A DNA stretch of 30,239 nt from Candidatus Poribacteria bacterium. GTDB lineage: Bacteria > Poribacteria > WGA-4E > UBA9662. The notes beneath the pieces are model-generated. The model saw nothing but the letters and a program-made list of their open reading frames with translations. It made no database searches and was not told the DNA's origin. Numbering within the stretch: the first letter of the stretch is position 1; each line of letters opens with the position of its first letter. Below, in pieces: positions 1-10,029 of this stretch. The DNA is taken from assembly GCA_046582655.1 (NCBI GenBank), contig JAYGDX010000418.1, forward strand, positions 1 to 30,239. The letters run 5' to 3'. Both the position numbers and the translations under genes were made by a program.

Positions 1-110
1 CTCTCTTATCTCATATCTCCTTGGGCCACCTGTTTTTTTCGCCGAGGGAATTCGTCTTTGATTATCTCCCATTCCTTATCACTCATATCACTCGGGTATT
101 TTTTATCCAT
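1..110 (-). CDS. IS5-family transposase, N-terminal part (runs off the window; not in ORF track)
   Basis: Manual translation from ATG at 110 gives MDKKYPSDMSDKEWEIIKDEFPRRKKTGGPRRYEIRE, matching the YPSDxxDxEW...GxPR start of IS5-family transposases. Confidence 0.88.
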
Positions 111-162
111 ACCATGATTTTAGCCCAATATTCTTATTTCTTTTTAGTTTTTAGACACCCTC
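1..162 (-). mobile_element. Left end of an IS5-family element (IS1031-like group), truncated by the window edge
   Basis: The minus strand reads TTA|GAGGGTGTCTAAAAAC from 165 downward. A GAG-starting terminus next to a TWA target is typical of the IS1031 group, and a transposase N-terminus follows about 50 nt inside. Confidence 0.8.
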
Positions 163-389
163 TAAGGCAAACTATCATTGAATATTTTACCTGGGTGCCC
201 TACAAAGGTCCAACCTCTGAAACTAGTAGCTGTCGCCGCCAATATAAAAACCCAAATACCTATGGATCGCCCCGCGAGAAAATAGTCGGTAGAAGTTTTG
301 GACTTCTGGGCACCCTTGATACCCCAGAAAAGGCAATAGGTCCAATAAATTCCAACGCAACCAATTAGCCAAGCAATTTTCGCATCCAT
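162..389 (-). pseudogene. Sodium:solute symporter (SSS family) 5' fragment, interrupted by the IS5 element
   Basis: Contains DYFLAGRSIG and ATSFxGWTFVGHPG, SSS N-terminal motifs, with a GGAGGGG RBS upstream. It stops after 75 aa at a TAG formed by the target/IS junction. Confidence 0.88.
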
Positions 390-734
390 AATGGTTTACC
401 CCTCCGTAATTATTATCTCTATTACACTAAGTAAAGGAGTCACAAGAAGAAGTGCTTTCATAAATGGCAAATATGTCTTGATAAACACAGCACCCTTACC
501 AACAAACTAACCAAATAATTGTTGCGGATAAACACCTTCATCAACAGGTTTTTGAATCTCGCCCACGACATAGGCTTTACCCACTTTGTAGGTCACGTCA
601 AACCAAGGAGCATTAGATCCACACATCCATCACGACCCATAGTAGGGAAATGAGACCCGCCATGGAAATAAACGACGACTACTCATACAATCCAAAATGC
701 TATCCATGTAGGGCAGAGATTAAACTTTAATCGC

Positions 735-1227
735 TCATCTTCCCCACTGAGATCTTTCCTCTCTTCGTTTCTGATAATAATCCTCCAGTTTTTTCATTTG
801 CTCCGTTTTCAGAACCTGTTTTAGATCAGATTTCAATATCATTATTAATGACTACCGTTTTTTCGCGGAGTGCTTCCCAATCCATAAATCCGCCGGGTTC
901 CAAAGCTAACTCATCAGCCTTCTTCCTTGCTTTTATTGCCGAATCAACCGATTTTTGGTAGAGAGAACATGCTTTCATCAGCGTTTCATTATCAACTTTA
1001 ATTGTAAAAGCCAATTCTGCCCACGAATCTTTAATCATAGACTGAGAAAAACCAGCCTCACTGCGAGCTCGAAACCTTCTTATGTCTTCTTCACTGAAAC
1101 CACCGCCTCCACCTTGACGTTGACCAGGCCTACCTTGGCGCTACGCTTCGGCTGTTTTCCCCCATAAGGAAAGCTCCAATAATAATAGTTTTAAAGTCAT
1201 AAGTGTTACCAACAAGCCAAGCTTCAT
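735..1227 (-). pseudogene. Disrupted secreted helical protein with a Spy/CpxP-like LTxEQ-type C-terminus
   Basis: The frame from ATG 1227 gives MKLGLLVTLMTLKLLLLELSLWGKTAEA*RQGRPGQRQGGGGGFSEEDIRRF... (TAG at 1141-1143) and joins ORF 826..1038. A +1 shift near 831 continues SDLKQVLKTEQMKKLEDYYQKRREERSQWGR* to 735. Confidence 0.65.
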
Positions 1228-1561
1228 CTCCAGTCTCTTAGACCTTAAACATATTAGATTTTTTGTCAACTAAGGTAATTGCAGTAAAAACAATACTCTT
1301 TAAAATGCAAAACATACGAAATCACAATATAGCATAGAATAATCAATTTAGCAAACATCTAGAAAAGTATAGACTAAAAAGTGTGAGCGTATATAACCAA
1401 TGTTGAATCTAAACGTATGAAAACAGTATACGAAGCTGACTCAAGAGAATGTTTCTTAGATCAATCTTTCACTGAGTGATAACAGTTAAATACCCGTATT
1501 AGCATGGTATCAGTTTGTGTGTAGGTTGGTTGAAGTACGCACAAGATACATGATCAAGATG

Positions 1562-2815
1562 TCAACGTAAATCTTTAACTACGACCTCGGCAATTCGACG
1601 TCCTGAAACCATGGCACCGTGGACAGAGGGTGTATCACGATGATCTCCGCAAACATATAAACCAGTCTCCAATTTTATAGGACGTTGTGGTGGTGTCAGT
1701 GCAAGAGGATGTACTTGTGGTAGTGCGTGCTGAATTCGATACGTACGTAAATGTTGCCAATACTGAACATCTAACCCAAACCATTCAGACAGATGTTCCC
1801 TGACTAACTCCTCAAGCACTTTATTATCCTGATCAGGATTTCCCAGTACAGTCACTGATATTAACGCGGAATTCCCAGCAGAATAGGTTGGGGAAACAGC
1901 ACTTGGTACACACAGATTATTGATAACCCCTTGATTTTCTCCGTTAATGATCAGAACAGGTTCACTGACAGGCGATTTATCGGTGGCAAAATAGAGGCAG
2001 GTGGCAGATCTCCCATTTACTTCTGGGAACCCATCAATCAGTTTTGTTGATCGGTGGCCTTCTGTGGCAACAACGACTGCATTGGCCCTAAGTACCTCTC
2101 CACAAGATAATTCAACGATATGAGGCTTGACAGTACGGACGGCCGTCTGTGTTTGTATGGCGTCGCTTGGAATATGGCTAGCAAGTTGTTTGGGGATTTG
2201 ACCCATACCCTGTTCTGGTATCACGGTATCCCCAGTCGAAAACATTCTGAATGTAAATTCCAGCATTCTACTTGATGTTTCAAGGGATCTATCGAGAAAA
2301 ATCCCGTCAAAAAAGGGCTTGAAAAATCGATTAATCATACCATCTGAGAATCCCATTTCTTTGATTGCTAAGAGGGTTGAGGTTTCTGGGTGTTCAAATA
2401 GACTGTCCAATGTTCCAGAAGTGGTTTTGCGGCGCAACCTTGAGATCCGGATTTTTTCATTCAATGTACCAATTGGTGAAAACACGGTTTTGAGCGCTGA
2501 AAATGGCTGTCGCCATGGATCGGTAATCCGATGGAATTTCCCCTTGAACCAAATTAATGCTCCTAGATAAAATCTACGGAGTTTTAGTGCTTCATAGTCA
2601 AGCATCCTCCGACATTCGGGATAAGCAGATAACAACACTTGAAAACCTCGATCAAGCAAAAAACCATCAACAACATCAGTTTGAACCCGGCCACCAATTT
2701 GATCATCAGCTTCAAGAATCTTGAAAGGAATATGACTCTTCTACAATTCGATGCCACAGCAGAGACCGGCAAGCCCACCAACAACAATGAGAACTTCAGG
2801 ATCTGGGACCTTCAT
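1562..2815 (-). pseudogene. FAD-dependent oxidoreductase (flavin amine oxidase / phytoene desaturase-like) with an in-frame stop
   Basis: From ATG 2815: MKVPDPEVLIVVGGLAGLCCGIEL*KSHIPFKILEADDQIGGRVQTDVVDGFLLDRGFQV, with TAG at 2741-2743 in frame with ORF 1562..2659. The C-terminal YVCGDHRDTPSVHGAMVSG motif is present. Confidence 0.85.
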
Positions 2816-3091
2816 TTCAATAACGTCATCCTCGCAGGCACGATAAAACTAATTAGCCACAAATTGGCAGGATAAACTACCATTATTAAATCTTTTCTAG
2901 CTACACAATGCTGCCCGATTCAATACTACGATAATAAAGGGAATTAGGTATGAAAGTATCCCGCATCACCACAATTGGGAATAGCTGTGTTTCGACTGCA
3001 ATTAAAGGTGAAATGACCTTAATTTCCATAGCCATTGAAAACCGAAGCATCCTCAAACGTTCTCCTAGAGTCATAATCACTGCTCTTACCA

Positions 3092-4499
3092 TTATCTTCC
3101 CATCATGAAACGCAATGAACTTTCGAGCTCTGGATGTCGAAACTCATAGCCAGTTTGTACCAGACAAGATGGTTCGATCTTAGCACTCGACAGAAGTAAC
3201 GCATCGGCCATCTCACCGAGCAATGCTCGTGCCCCAAAGCTTGGTATGGGAAATCTATTCATTGGAAAAGGTCGACCAAGAACCTTGTTCAAAGTCTTTG
3301 TATATTCACTATTTCTCACTGGTCTCGGTGAAACAACATTTACTGGGCCATTAAGATCTTCGTTGGTTAAAGCATGATGGATTACCCCAATCACATCATC
3401 AAGACCAATCCAACTCATGTACTGCCGCCCCAGGATACTTAAGTTCCCCGCTATTCCCAATCGAAAAGGGAGCAACATCTTAGCGAGTGCTCCGCCCGCT
3501 GGGGTCAAAACAACACCAAAACGCAGATTGACAACCCGAATGTTTTTTTTTGCAGACTCGGTTTCCTTTTCCCAAGCTTCGCACACTTCAGATAAAAAAC
3601 CAGAACCGGGCTGACTATCTTCATTTAGAACCTCATCTCCTCGGTCACCATAAAACCCGATAGCGGAAGCAGAAAGTAACACTTTGGGTGGCACTTGAAG
3701 GTTTGTGATTGTTTGAGAAATCAGCTTAGTTCCCTTAATTCGGCTATCCAGAATTCGCTTCTTTTTCCTAGCATCCCACCTGCCGCTAGCAATTGGCTCT
3801 CCAGCCAAGTGGATTATGGCATCAATTCCTTCAAGATTTTCTTTATCAATATTGCCTGTTAAAGGATTCCAGTGAACTTCATCAACCAACTGAGAAGTGG
3901 ATCCGGTTATGCTCAATCCTCTAGTCTCCGACCTGACCAACCGCTTGACTTCATGACCACCTGTAGTCAAAAATGGTACGAGTGCTGAACCAATCAAGCC
4001 AGTCGACCCAGTAATTGCAATTTTCATTTTTTCTCCTTTGTGCTGCTGATGCTGCATAATGTCTTGTTTTGTAACCTCATAGCGATAATCAAACATTCGA
4101 TTCAGTTTTTTCTGCATCGACTTACCTGCCACTGCTCCACCCAACCCCCCCATTGGCAAAACATATTCAATTTGGTCTTCAAGATAGCATGCCGATTCTC
4201 CATCAGGTTCTACCGAATGCATGTGCTCCCATTTAGCGAATGGACCCGACACTTGGAAATCACAGAATTGTTTCCCATGAATGTAGTTTCGGTGTTCGTC
4301 CACCCATTGAGTAGGAAACGGTGTGGAAACTTTCATCACAAGCCAATCTCCACCCTTTATGCTACCATTTCTTCGAATTATTTGAACGGTTTCCCAAGGT
4401 GAAGCCAGTCGTTGAAATGCCCCCGAGCGGGCATGCCAATCGAAAACTTCTCCTGATGGGGCTTCTTCGCAAGCGCCGAACAAAAGTCTCAGATTTCAT
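3092..4499 (-). pseudogene. SRPBCC domain fused to a TIGR01777-family NAD(P)-dependent epimerase; probable 5' frameshift
   Basis: Has EVFDWHARSGAFQRLASPWE (SRPBCC) followed by MKIAITGSTGLIG, HLAGEPI, SASAIGFYG and LRFGVVL. The natural start MKSETFVRRLR (ATG 4499) is out of frame with the body near 4467. The body 3092..4483 is open. Confidence 0.75.
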
Positions 4500-5315
4500 A
4501 CGTGGATTTTCCCAGAAATAATGACGTGTTTCACTAAATTGATCACAAGCAACAGTTATTAGTTCTTAAAAAGCACGGGAAGAAACCTAATTGATCTATA
4601 CGCAATTAATTTTCATTGGTAGGCTTATGTGAAATCTACGAACTAAACAGCACTAAATCAATTTAATCAACCGAAAAGATGCCGTTGTATCAAAGTAAAC
4701 GACACGGTTCCCTGTCTAAAAAGCTTCTAACAAGAAAAACAACTAACGAATGAATTTGAAAGTTACTTATTTTTTGCTTTTCATCTGGGGGAAGAAGTAA
4801 CCTTTAATTGTGGCCGCGTGCTAACATCAGCTCTCTGTTTTAAAGATTAAGATAATTAAAGATGCCATGAGCTCTCGATAGCAGGTAGATAATAACACCG
4901 GCTGAGATGCTAAATCAAAATATATTTTCCCTCAGCCCATCATGAAAATAGAGCCCAATGATTTGCCACTATGTTGGATTTAACTCAGCATATTCAATTC
5001 GCAATTAAAGTTGGCAATGCTAGCCAGTGACACAATGCGAATCATATCCAAAAAGCAATAAATTGCAGAAAGCCTGTCAACATTTTTCTGACCATATCAT
5101 TACATTTGCCGGTTAATAGCGAGATCAACTAAAGCTTAATTTTAGCTGAATAATAATGAAATCAACTTTGATACTCAATCAATCGAACAGATCATGGAAT
5201 GACAGGGAAAGCACATGAAAGAACATTAGATGTAGATCCCAACTCATTCGAATGTAAGATAAAACTTGGGTGAATCCAGCTAACTACTCAGATTTCATTT
5301 AAAACAAAAAACATT

Positions 5316-6119
5316 ATGAAAAAAAAATCCTACGGCAATGCCCTCATAGTTTCATGTATTTTTCACTTAGTTGGATTGCTACTTGGCACTCTGTACATTG
5401 TGCAAAATGAGATCTATGAAAACAATCCGGTACAAATTAATATTACTCAAGCGGCAAAAACCAGTCCCAAACGCCGTCTTGAAAGACGTCGTAAAAGCCA
5501 AATTGAGTTGAAGCAGAAAGTGCCCAAGCCCCTGCCAATGAAGTCTCGAATCAACGTGGTTACAACAGCAGCTCAATTACCAATGAATAACGCATTTTAC
5601 ACCTTATCAACAAGTAACATGTCGAGTTTTGTTGATCAAAACAGATTTTTACCGAGAAGCGTCCATAACACAAAGGTAGAACGGAAAACTTCGTTAAATA
5701 TGCGGAGTGTCAATATTTTTTCAAGAATGCCGAAAATTTCAATGAAACCGATAGGAGAATCGATTCTATCAAAGATTACTACGAGTCAAGATCCTATCGA
5801 ACTGATTCCTGCAATTTTGGATCACCAGTCACCTAGCCTACACAATATTACTCAAACACCACGGTTCCTCAAACAGCACCCGGTAAAATATCCAGAATTG
5901 GCACAACAAGCCAATAAAGAGGGCATTGTTGTTCTTGAAGCAGGAATTGGTATTGATGGAATAGCGAGGGACATTATCTTAATACAAGGGCTGGGGTTTG
6001 GTTGCGACCAAGAAGCGATTAAAGCCTTAACACTGTCACGCTTTATTCCTGCTAAAAGTGGGAATACACCCGTTCTTTCTCGAATTCAAATCCCATATCG
6101 TTTTCAGCTTGAAATTTGA
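5316..6119 (+). CDS. TonB-family energy transducer
   Basis: N-terminal TM helix with the S..FH motif, a Pro/Lys-rich linker, and a TonB C-terminal domain (YPELAQQANKEGIVVLE...GLGFGCDQEA...IPYRFQL). Confidence 0.88.
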   Translation: MKKKSYGNALIVSCIFHLVGLLLGTLYIVQNEIYENNPVQINITQAAKTSPKRRLERRRKSQIELKQKVPKPLPMKSRINVVTTAAQLPMNNAFYTLSTSNMSSFVDQNRFLPRSVHNTKVERKTSLNMRSVNIFSRMPKISMKPIGESILSKITTSQDPIELIPAILDHQSPSLHNITQTPRFLKQHPVKYPELAQQANKEGIVVLEAGIGIDGIARDIILIQGLGFGCDQEAIKALTLSRFIPAKSGNTPVLSRIQIPYRFQLEI

Positions 6120-6138
6120 TCAATCAGAGCCCTTATAA

Positions 6139-8514
6139 ATGCATTTAATTCTGGTAATTATGAAACATTTTTCTACTATGCCGTGGTCCTACAATTTAAT
6201 CAAATTTCGAGTCTTCAGCACAATGAAGATAGATCTAACCTCGGTTTGTTTTGTTTTGGTTACAGCAATCATCTTCACCTGCTTTTGTATTCCCACTTTT
6301 AGTGGTGAAATACAAGGAATGGTATTTAGTGGTGAGAGTAGCAACAAACTAAGTAGCGTAAAGGTACAATTGCTTGAAACCAGACAGAAAGATATAACTG
6401 ATAAAGACGGAAATTTTGCCTTTGGAGGGCTTCAACCCGGTGACTATACGCTAGTAGTAACAGCACTTGGATATCGCACAACGACAATAGAAAATATAGT
6501 AATTTCCGATGAGCAAGTGAAGGAAACCAAGATCAACTTAGAAAAAATTGAATTCCTGTTTGATGAAATCTTGGTCGTCGGTCGGGCTCTGCCCAAAGCA
6601 ATCAGCCGTCAAAGCCTGCAAGGACTTGAGATTAAACGGCTACCAGGTGCCATGGGCGATGCCTTAAAAGCAATCCAATCATTGCCGGGGATTAGGGCGG
6701 CAAACGACTTTAGCGGTCAGCTTTTTGTTCGAGGTGGTGGACCGGAAGATAATACTATTTATTTCGATCGATTTCCGCTTGAAGAAGCCTACCATTTTGG
6801 CGGGTTAGTTTCCACAATAAGCTCGGAAATCTTAAATCGTATTGATGTTTACGCTGGTGGTTTTGGCGCCGAATATGGCCGTGATGCGCAGGCAGTTATT
6901 GATATCTATTCGCGTCAGGGAAACAGGAAACAATTCAGCAGCAATTTCAATGTTAACTTTCTGTATTCAGAAGGGTTGGTTGAGGGACCAATTGGCGATC
7001 GTGGATCCTGGTATTTGGCTGGCAGGCGCAGTTATGCTGATGTTGTGTATAATCTGCTGCCAATTCCGAAGACTGATGTAATCACGGCACTTCCACGCTT
7101 TTGGGATTACCAAACCAAGCTTAGCTACGACATCAACGAAATGTTTCAACTTGATTTGAATGCGTTCGCTTCAGATGATTTTGCCCAACTCAAGCTAGGT
7201 AAGGATAAGCCCGATGATGACTTGTCGGGAGCTTTTTACTTGAAGAACTCATTTCATTTGCAGGGCATTCATCTTCGGTCTATTTTAACTCCGAATCTCA
7301 AGTATGACCTCAATATTTCGCACTCTAAACGGCTGATAAACTTCAAGATTGGTAAAGGATTCTATCTGCGAATACAACCCAATGATACTGATGTTAGGCA
7401 CGATTTGACATATAAAATTACCCCTAATTTTCAAATTGAGTCAGGTCTTAACAACAATATTGGACGAACAACGGTGCAGACCTTCTTTCCCAGACCACCG
7501 GAAGAAGGACAGCCCAACTTCGATTTCAGGTTATCAGAGAAAGTTAAGTCTGATCAGAGGAATAAAGGGTATGAAGTCGAAGGTTATTTACAAGGACGGT
7601 TTCAACTCTCAGAATTTTTCTCCACAACCCTTGGAATGCGATTTGATTACGCACGCGATTTAACCGGACAAATTGCTATTCAACCCAGAACCAGTTTCAA
7701 CCTGTTGCTTCCTCTGGGATCAGAGATTCGTTTTGCTTATGGACGCTATATGCAGTCACCGCAACCTTGGCAGGCATATCCACCGAGTGGGAACCCTAAC
7801 CTGGATGAAAGTGAAGCCAACCACTTTGTCCTTGAAATTGAGCGAGCAATTGGATTATCTACTGAATTCAAATTCGCCACCTATTACAAGCAGTTAAAGG
7901 ACCAAGTTGAGTCCGTTCCAGATCAGGATCCTGGTTACCTTAATTTGGGAACAGGATACGCACGAGGTTCAGAAATTCTCTTGCAGCACCGTCAAGGAAG
8001 CCGGCTTTTCGGTTGGATCAGCTATGCCAATTCAGTTTCAAAAAGACGTGATTCCCCTGATCGGCCATACCGATTTTATGATTATGACCAAACTCATGTG
8101 GCCACGATAACGGCTAGCTATAAAATCAATAAAACCTGGGAGATTGGTGCGAAGTGGCAATACGCAACTGGAAATCCCTATACCCCCTTGAAATGTGAAG
8201 AGGATGTCAATCAACCTTGTGCCAAACAAGTATTTAACAATAACAGGTGGAGACAGATCCCAACTTACGGAGAGATAAATTCTTTCAGATACGATCCGTT
8301 CCATCGGCTTGATATACGAATCAATAAAGACTTCATATTCAGTAACTGGAAAATGAGCTTATATCTGGAATTGTTAAATGCCTACAACCGAAAAAATATT
8401 TTAACTTTTAATTACGATGAGAACTATGCCAGAGATGAAAGTGGTGAAGTAATTAAAGATATAATCAGACAACTCCCAATAGTTCCGTATATTGGCATAA
8501 AGTCAGAATTCTAA
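6139..8514 (+). CDS. TonB-dependent receptor with an N-terminal carboxypeptidase-regulatory-like domain
   Basis: TDKDGNFAFGGLQPGDYTLVV domain, plug motifs (SLPGI, LFVRGG, GGFGAEYG), barrel-like remainder and terminal Phe. The true start may be a downstream Met (MKIDLT). Confidence 0.92.
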   Translation: MHLILVIMKHFSTMPWSYNLIKFRVFSTMKIDLTSVCFVLVTAIIFTCFCIPTFSGEIQGMVFSGESSNKLSSVKVQLLETRQKDITDKDGNFAFGGLQPGDYTLVVTALGYRTTTIENIVISDEQVKETKINLEKIEFLFDEILVVGRALPKAISRQSLQGLEIKRLPGAMGDALKAIQSLPGIRAANDFSGQLFVRGGGPEDNTIYFDRFPLEEAYHFGGLVSTISSEILNRIDVYAGGFGAEYGRDAQAVIDIYSRQGNRKQFSSNFNVNFLYSEGLVEGPIGDRGSWYLAGRRSYADVVYNLLPIPKTDVITALPRFWDYQTKLSYDINEMFQLDLNAFASDDFAQLKLGKDKPDDDLSGAFYLKNSFHLQGIHLRSILTPNLKYDLNISHSKRLINFKIGKGFYLRIQPNDTDVRHDLTYKITPNFQIESGLNNNIGRTTVQTFFPRPPEEGQPNFDFRLSEKVKSDQRNKGYEVEGYLQGRFQLSEFFSTTLGMRFDYARDLTGQIAIQPRTSFNLLLPLGSEIRFAYGRYMQSPQPWQAYPPSGNPNLDESEANHFVLEIERAIGLSTEFKFATYYKQLKDQVESVPDQDPGYLNLGTGYARGSEILLQHRQGSRLFGWISYANSVSKRRDSPDRPYRFYDYDQTHVATITASYKINKTWEIGAKWQYATGNPYTPLKCEEDVNQPCAKQVFNNNRWRQIPTYGEINSFRYDPFHRLDIRINKDFIFSNWKMSLYLELLNAYNRKNILTFNYDENYARDESGEVIKDIIRQLPIVPYIGIKSEF

Positions 8515-9329
8515 TTTTTTCCGCTTTTTTCTTGGCTGACTAAGCGCGCTGCCTGTTTAGCGAGCCGTTGCGTCTCTTCAATTCGTTTAACTAACGATTT
8601 ATTGGTGAAAGCTATTTTGGCCAGAAACCGCATTTGGTCACCATTATCCAATAATTCGGCACCAACCGTGGTTTGCAATCCAGTATCAGCGGTATGCAGA
8701 AGACTGCCTGACACGCCACGTCGATCAAACTGCAGGATGAACGACAAATCCCCCTTGGCTATCCTGGGTGAGAATTCTTTTTCCAAACCACCGAAAAACC
8801 CAGTTCTGTTTTCTGTCCCGTAGCGATCATTGCCAATTCCAAAATGCACACCAACGATGTGAATTTTCGGCAAGTTCAGTTTTTTGTTGAAGGAAAAAAA
8901 CATTGACCGATGGATTTTAACGTTACTCAGATCTTTAACACCAATCGCCAACTGAGGTGAGAGATCCCGTTCTTTAAGAAGCTGTAACTTCACATGGCCG
9001 AGTAGCGCACTTTCATCACCAACCCGCAGAGTTTTCTGGTGATTGATCCCAATTTCAATCCAGTTAAACAGGCCGAAGTCCAAGTCCAGAATTGTTTCCT
9101 GATGCGAAAATTCGTTATCTTGCCCAAAGAGAAAATTCGCACCGACTTCAAAGATGCCATGTTCAATTAAGCTGGCAACTGGTATTTCAACTTGTCTTGG
9201 CTGGTCAGCGAGAACAGGTATCACCTGACAACATAATAAGAGACACCAAACAAATCGTATTTTCCAAAATGACAGTTTGTCTTTAAACCTGAGGATCCTG
9301 AGTCTGAATTCCATCAGCAGTTCCAACAA
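8511..9329 (-). CDS. Hypothetical exported protein, probable outer-membrane beta-barrel (YjbH-like)
   Basis: Signal-peptide-like segment ending VLA-D, amphipathic strands, and KLQLLKE..SPQLAIGVKDL. The start is uncertain because it overlaps the rpiA 3' end. Confidence 0.6.
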   Translation of the reverse strand: MLELLMEFRLRILRFKDKLSFWKIRFVWCLLLCCQVIPVLADQPRQVEIPVASLIEHGIFEVGANFLFGQDNEFSHQETILDLDFGLFNWIEIGINHQKTLRVGDESALLGHVKLQLLKERDLSPQLAIGVKDLSNVKIHRSMFFSFNKKLNLPKIHIVGVHFGIGNDRYGTENRTGFFGGLEKEFSPRIAKGDLSFILQFDRRGVSGSLLHTADTGLQTTVGAELLDNGDQMRFLAKIAFTNKSLVKRIEETQRLAKQAARLVSQEKSGKN

Positions 9330-9966
9330 TTACCCGGTCAACCCGACCTACGAACAAACCATTCTCGACCACACCCGGAATTCTGTTAATTTCAACCTCA
9401 GTTTGGCCGGGATCGGAGATTTGATCAAAATAGCAGTCCAGAATGAAGTTACCGTTGTCACTCAGAAACGCCTGATCGTTGACCTGTCGCAAAACTGGTC
9501 TTTGACAAATCCGGTTAAGTGCCATTTGAGTGGATTCCCAACCGAACTGGACAACTTCGACAGGTAGGGGTATTTTTGTCCCCAAGTAATCAACGACCTT
9601 GCTATCATCAGCAACAATAATCAGACGATTTGAAGCGTGAGCGATAATTTTTTCCCGTACTAAGGCTCCCCCCAAACCTTTGATCAAATTGAGATTTGGA
9701 TCGACTTCATCCGCTCCGTCAATCGTGAGATCGATGACCGGATTTTCCGTCACTGTTGATAGTTGAATGCCCTGTTCTCCAGCAATCTGACTGGTCTGTT
9801 CCGAAGTTGGAATGCCAATAATCTCAAGACCCAATCTAACCATTTGGCCTAGCTTCAACAAAGCATAGTAAATTGTTGATCCAGTTCCCAGCCCAACAAT
9901 CATTCCTGATTCGACTTCTTCGACCGCTTTCTCAGCCGCAAGCTCTTTTAAACGTTCTTTTTTCAT
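9283..9966 (-). CDS. rpiA: Ribose-5-phosphate isomerase A
   Basis: GLGTGST, DGADEVD, KGLGGALVREK and IPGVVENGLF motifs. Confidence 0.97.
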   Translation of the reverse strand: MKKERLKELAAEKAVEEVESGMIVGLGTGSTIYYALLKLGQMVRLGLEIIGIPTSEQTSQIAGEQGIQLSTVTENPVIDLTIDGADEVDPNLNLIKGLGGALVREKIIAHASNRLIIVADDSKVVDYLGTKIPLPVEVVQFGWESTQMALNRICQRPVLRQVNDQAFLSDNGNFILDCYFDQISDPGQTEVEINRIPGVVENGLFVGRVDRVIVGTADGIQTQDPQV

Positions 9967-9972
9967 GATATG

Positions 9973-10014
9973 AAAAAGCTCATGCTCCTACCAACCAAGT
10001 AAAGCATGAGCTTT
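9973..10014 (-). terminator. Hairpin between the LamG gene and rpiA, intrinsic-terminator-like
   Basis: Perfect 12-bp arms AAAGCTCATGCT (9975-9986) and AGCATGAGCTTT (10003-10014) with a 16-nt loop, ending in T5 on the minus strand. Confidence 0.55.
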
Positions 10015-10029
10015 CTGAATTCCGAGTCT

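Noticed and set aside
1414..1432. Dyad CGTAT-N9-ATACG in the intergenic region
   Set aside because: Only 5-bp arms and no second copy seen, so it is compatible with chance.
1141..2743. Amber (TAG) recoding or pyrrolysine read-through, suggested by two in-frame TAGs at positions where Gln fits
   Set aside because: TAG serves as a normal stop elsewhere (15782-15784, 22231-22233, 23234-23236), both genes carry other lesions, and no pyl genes or suppressor tRNA are seen. CAG-to-TAG mutation is simpler.
4500..5315. Cobalamin riboswitch or Fur box upstream of the TonB-dependent receptor
   Set aside because: No B12-box elements in the correct order. The best Fur-like stretch near 5152 matches only about 11 of 19 positions in AT-rich DNA.
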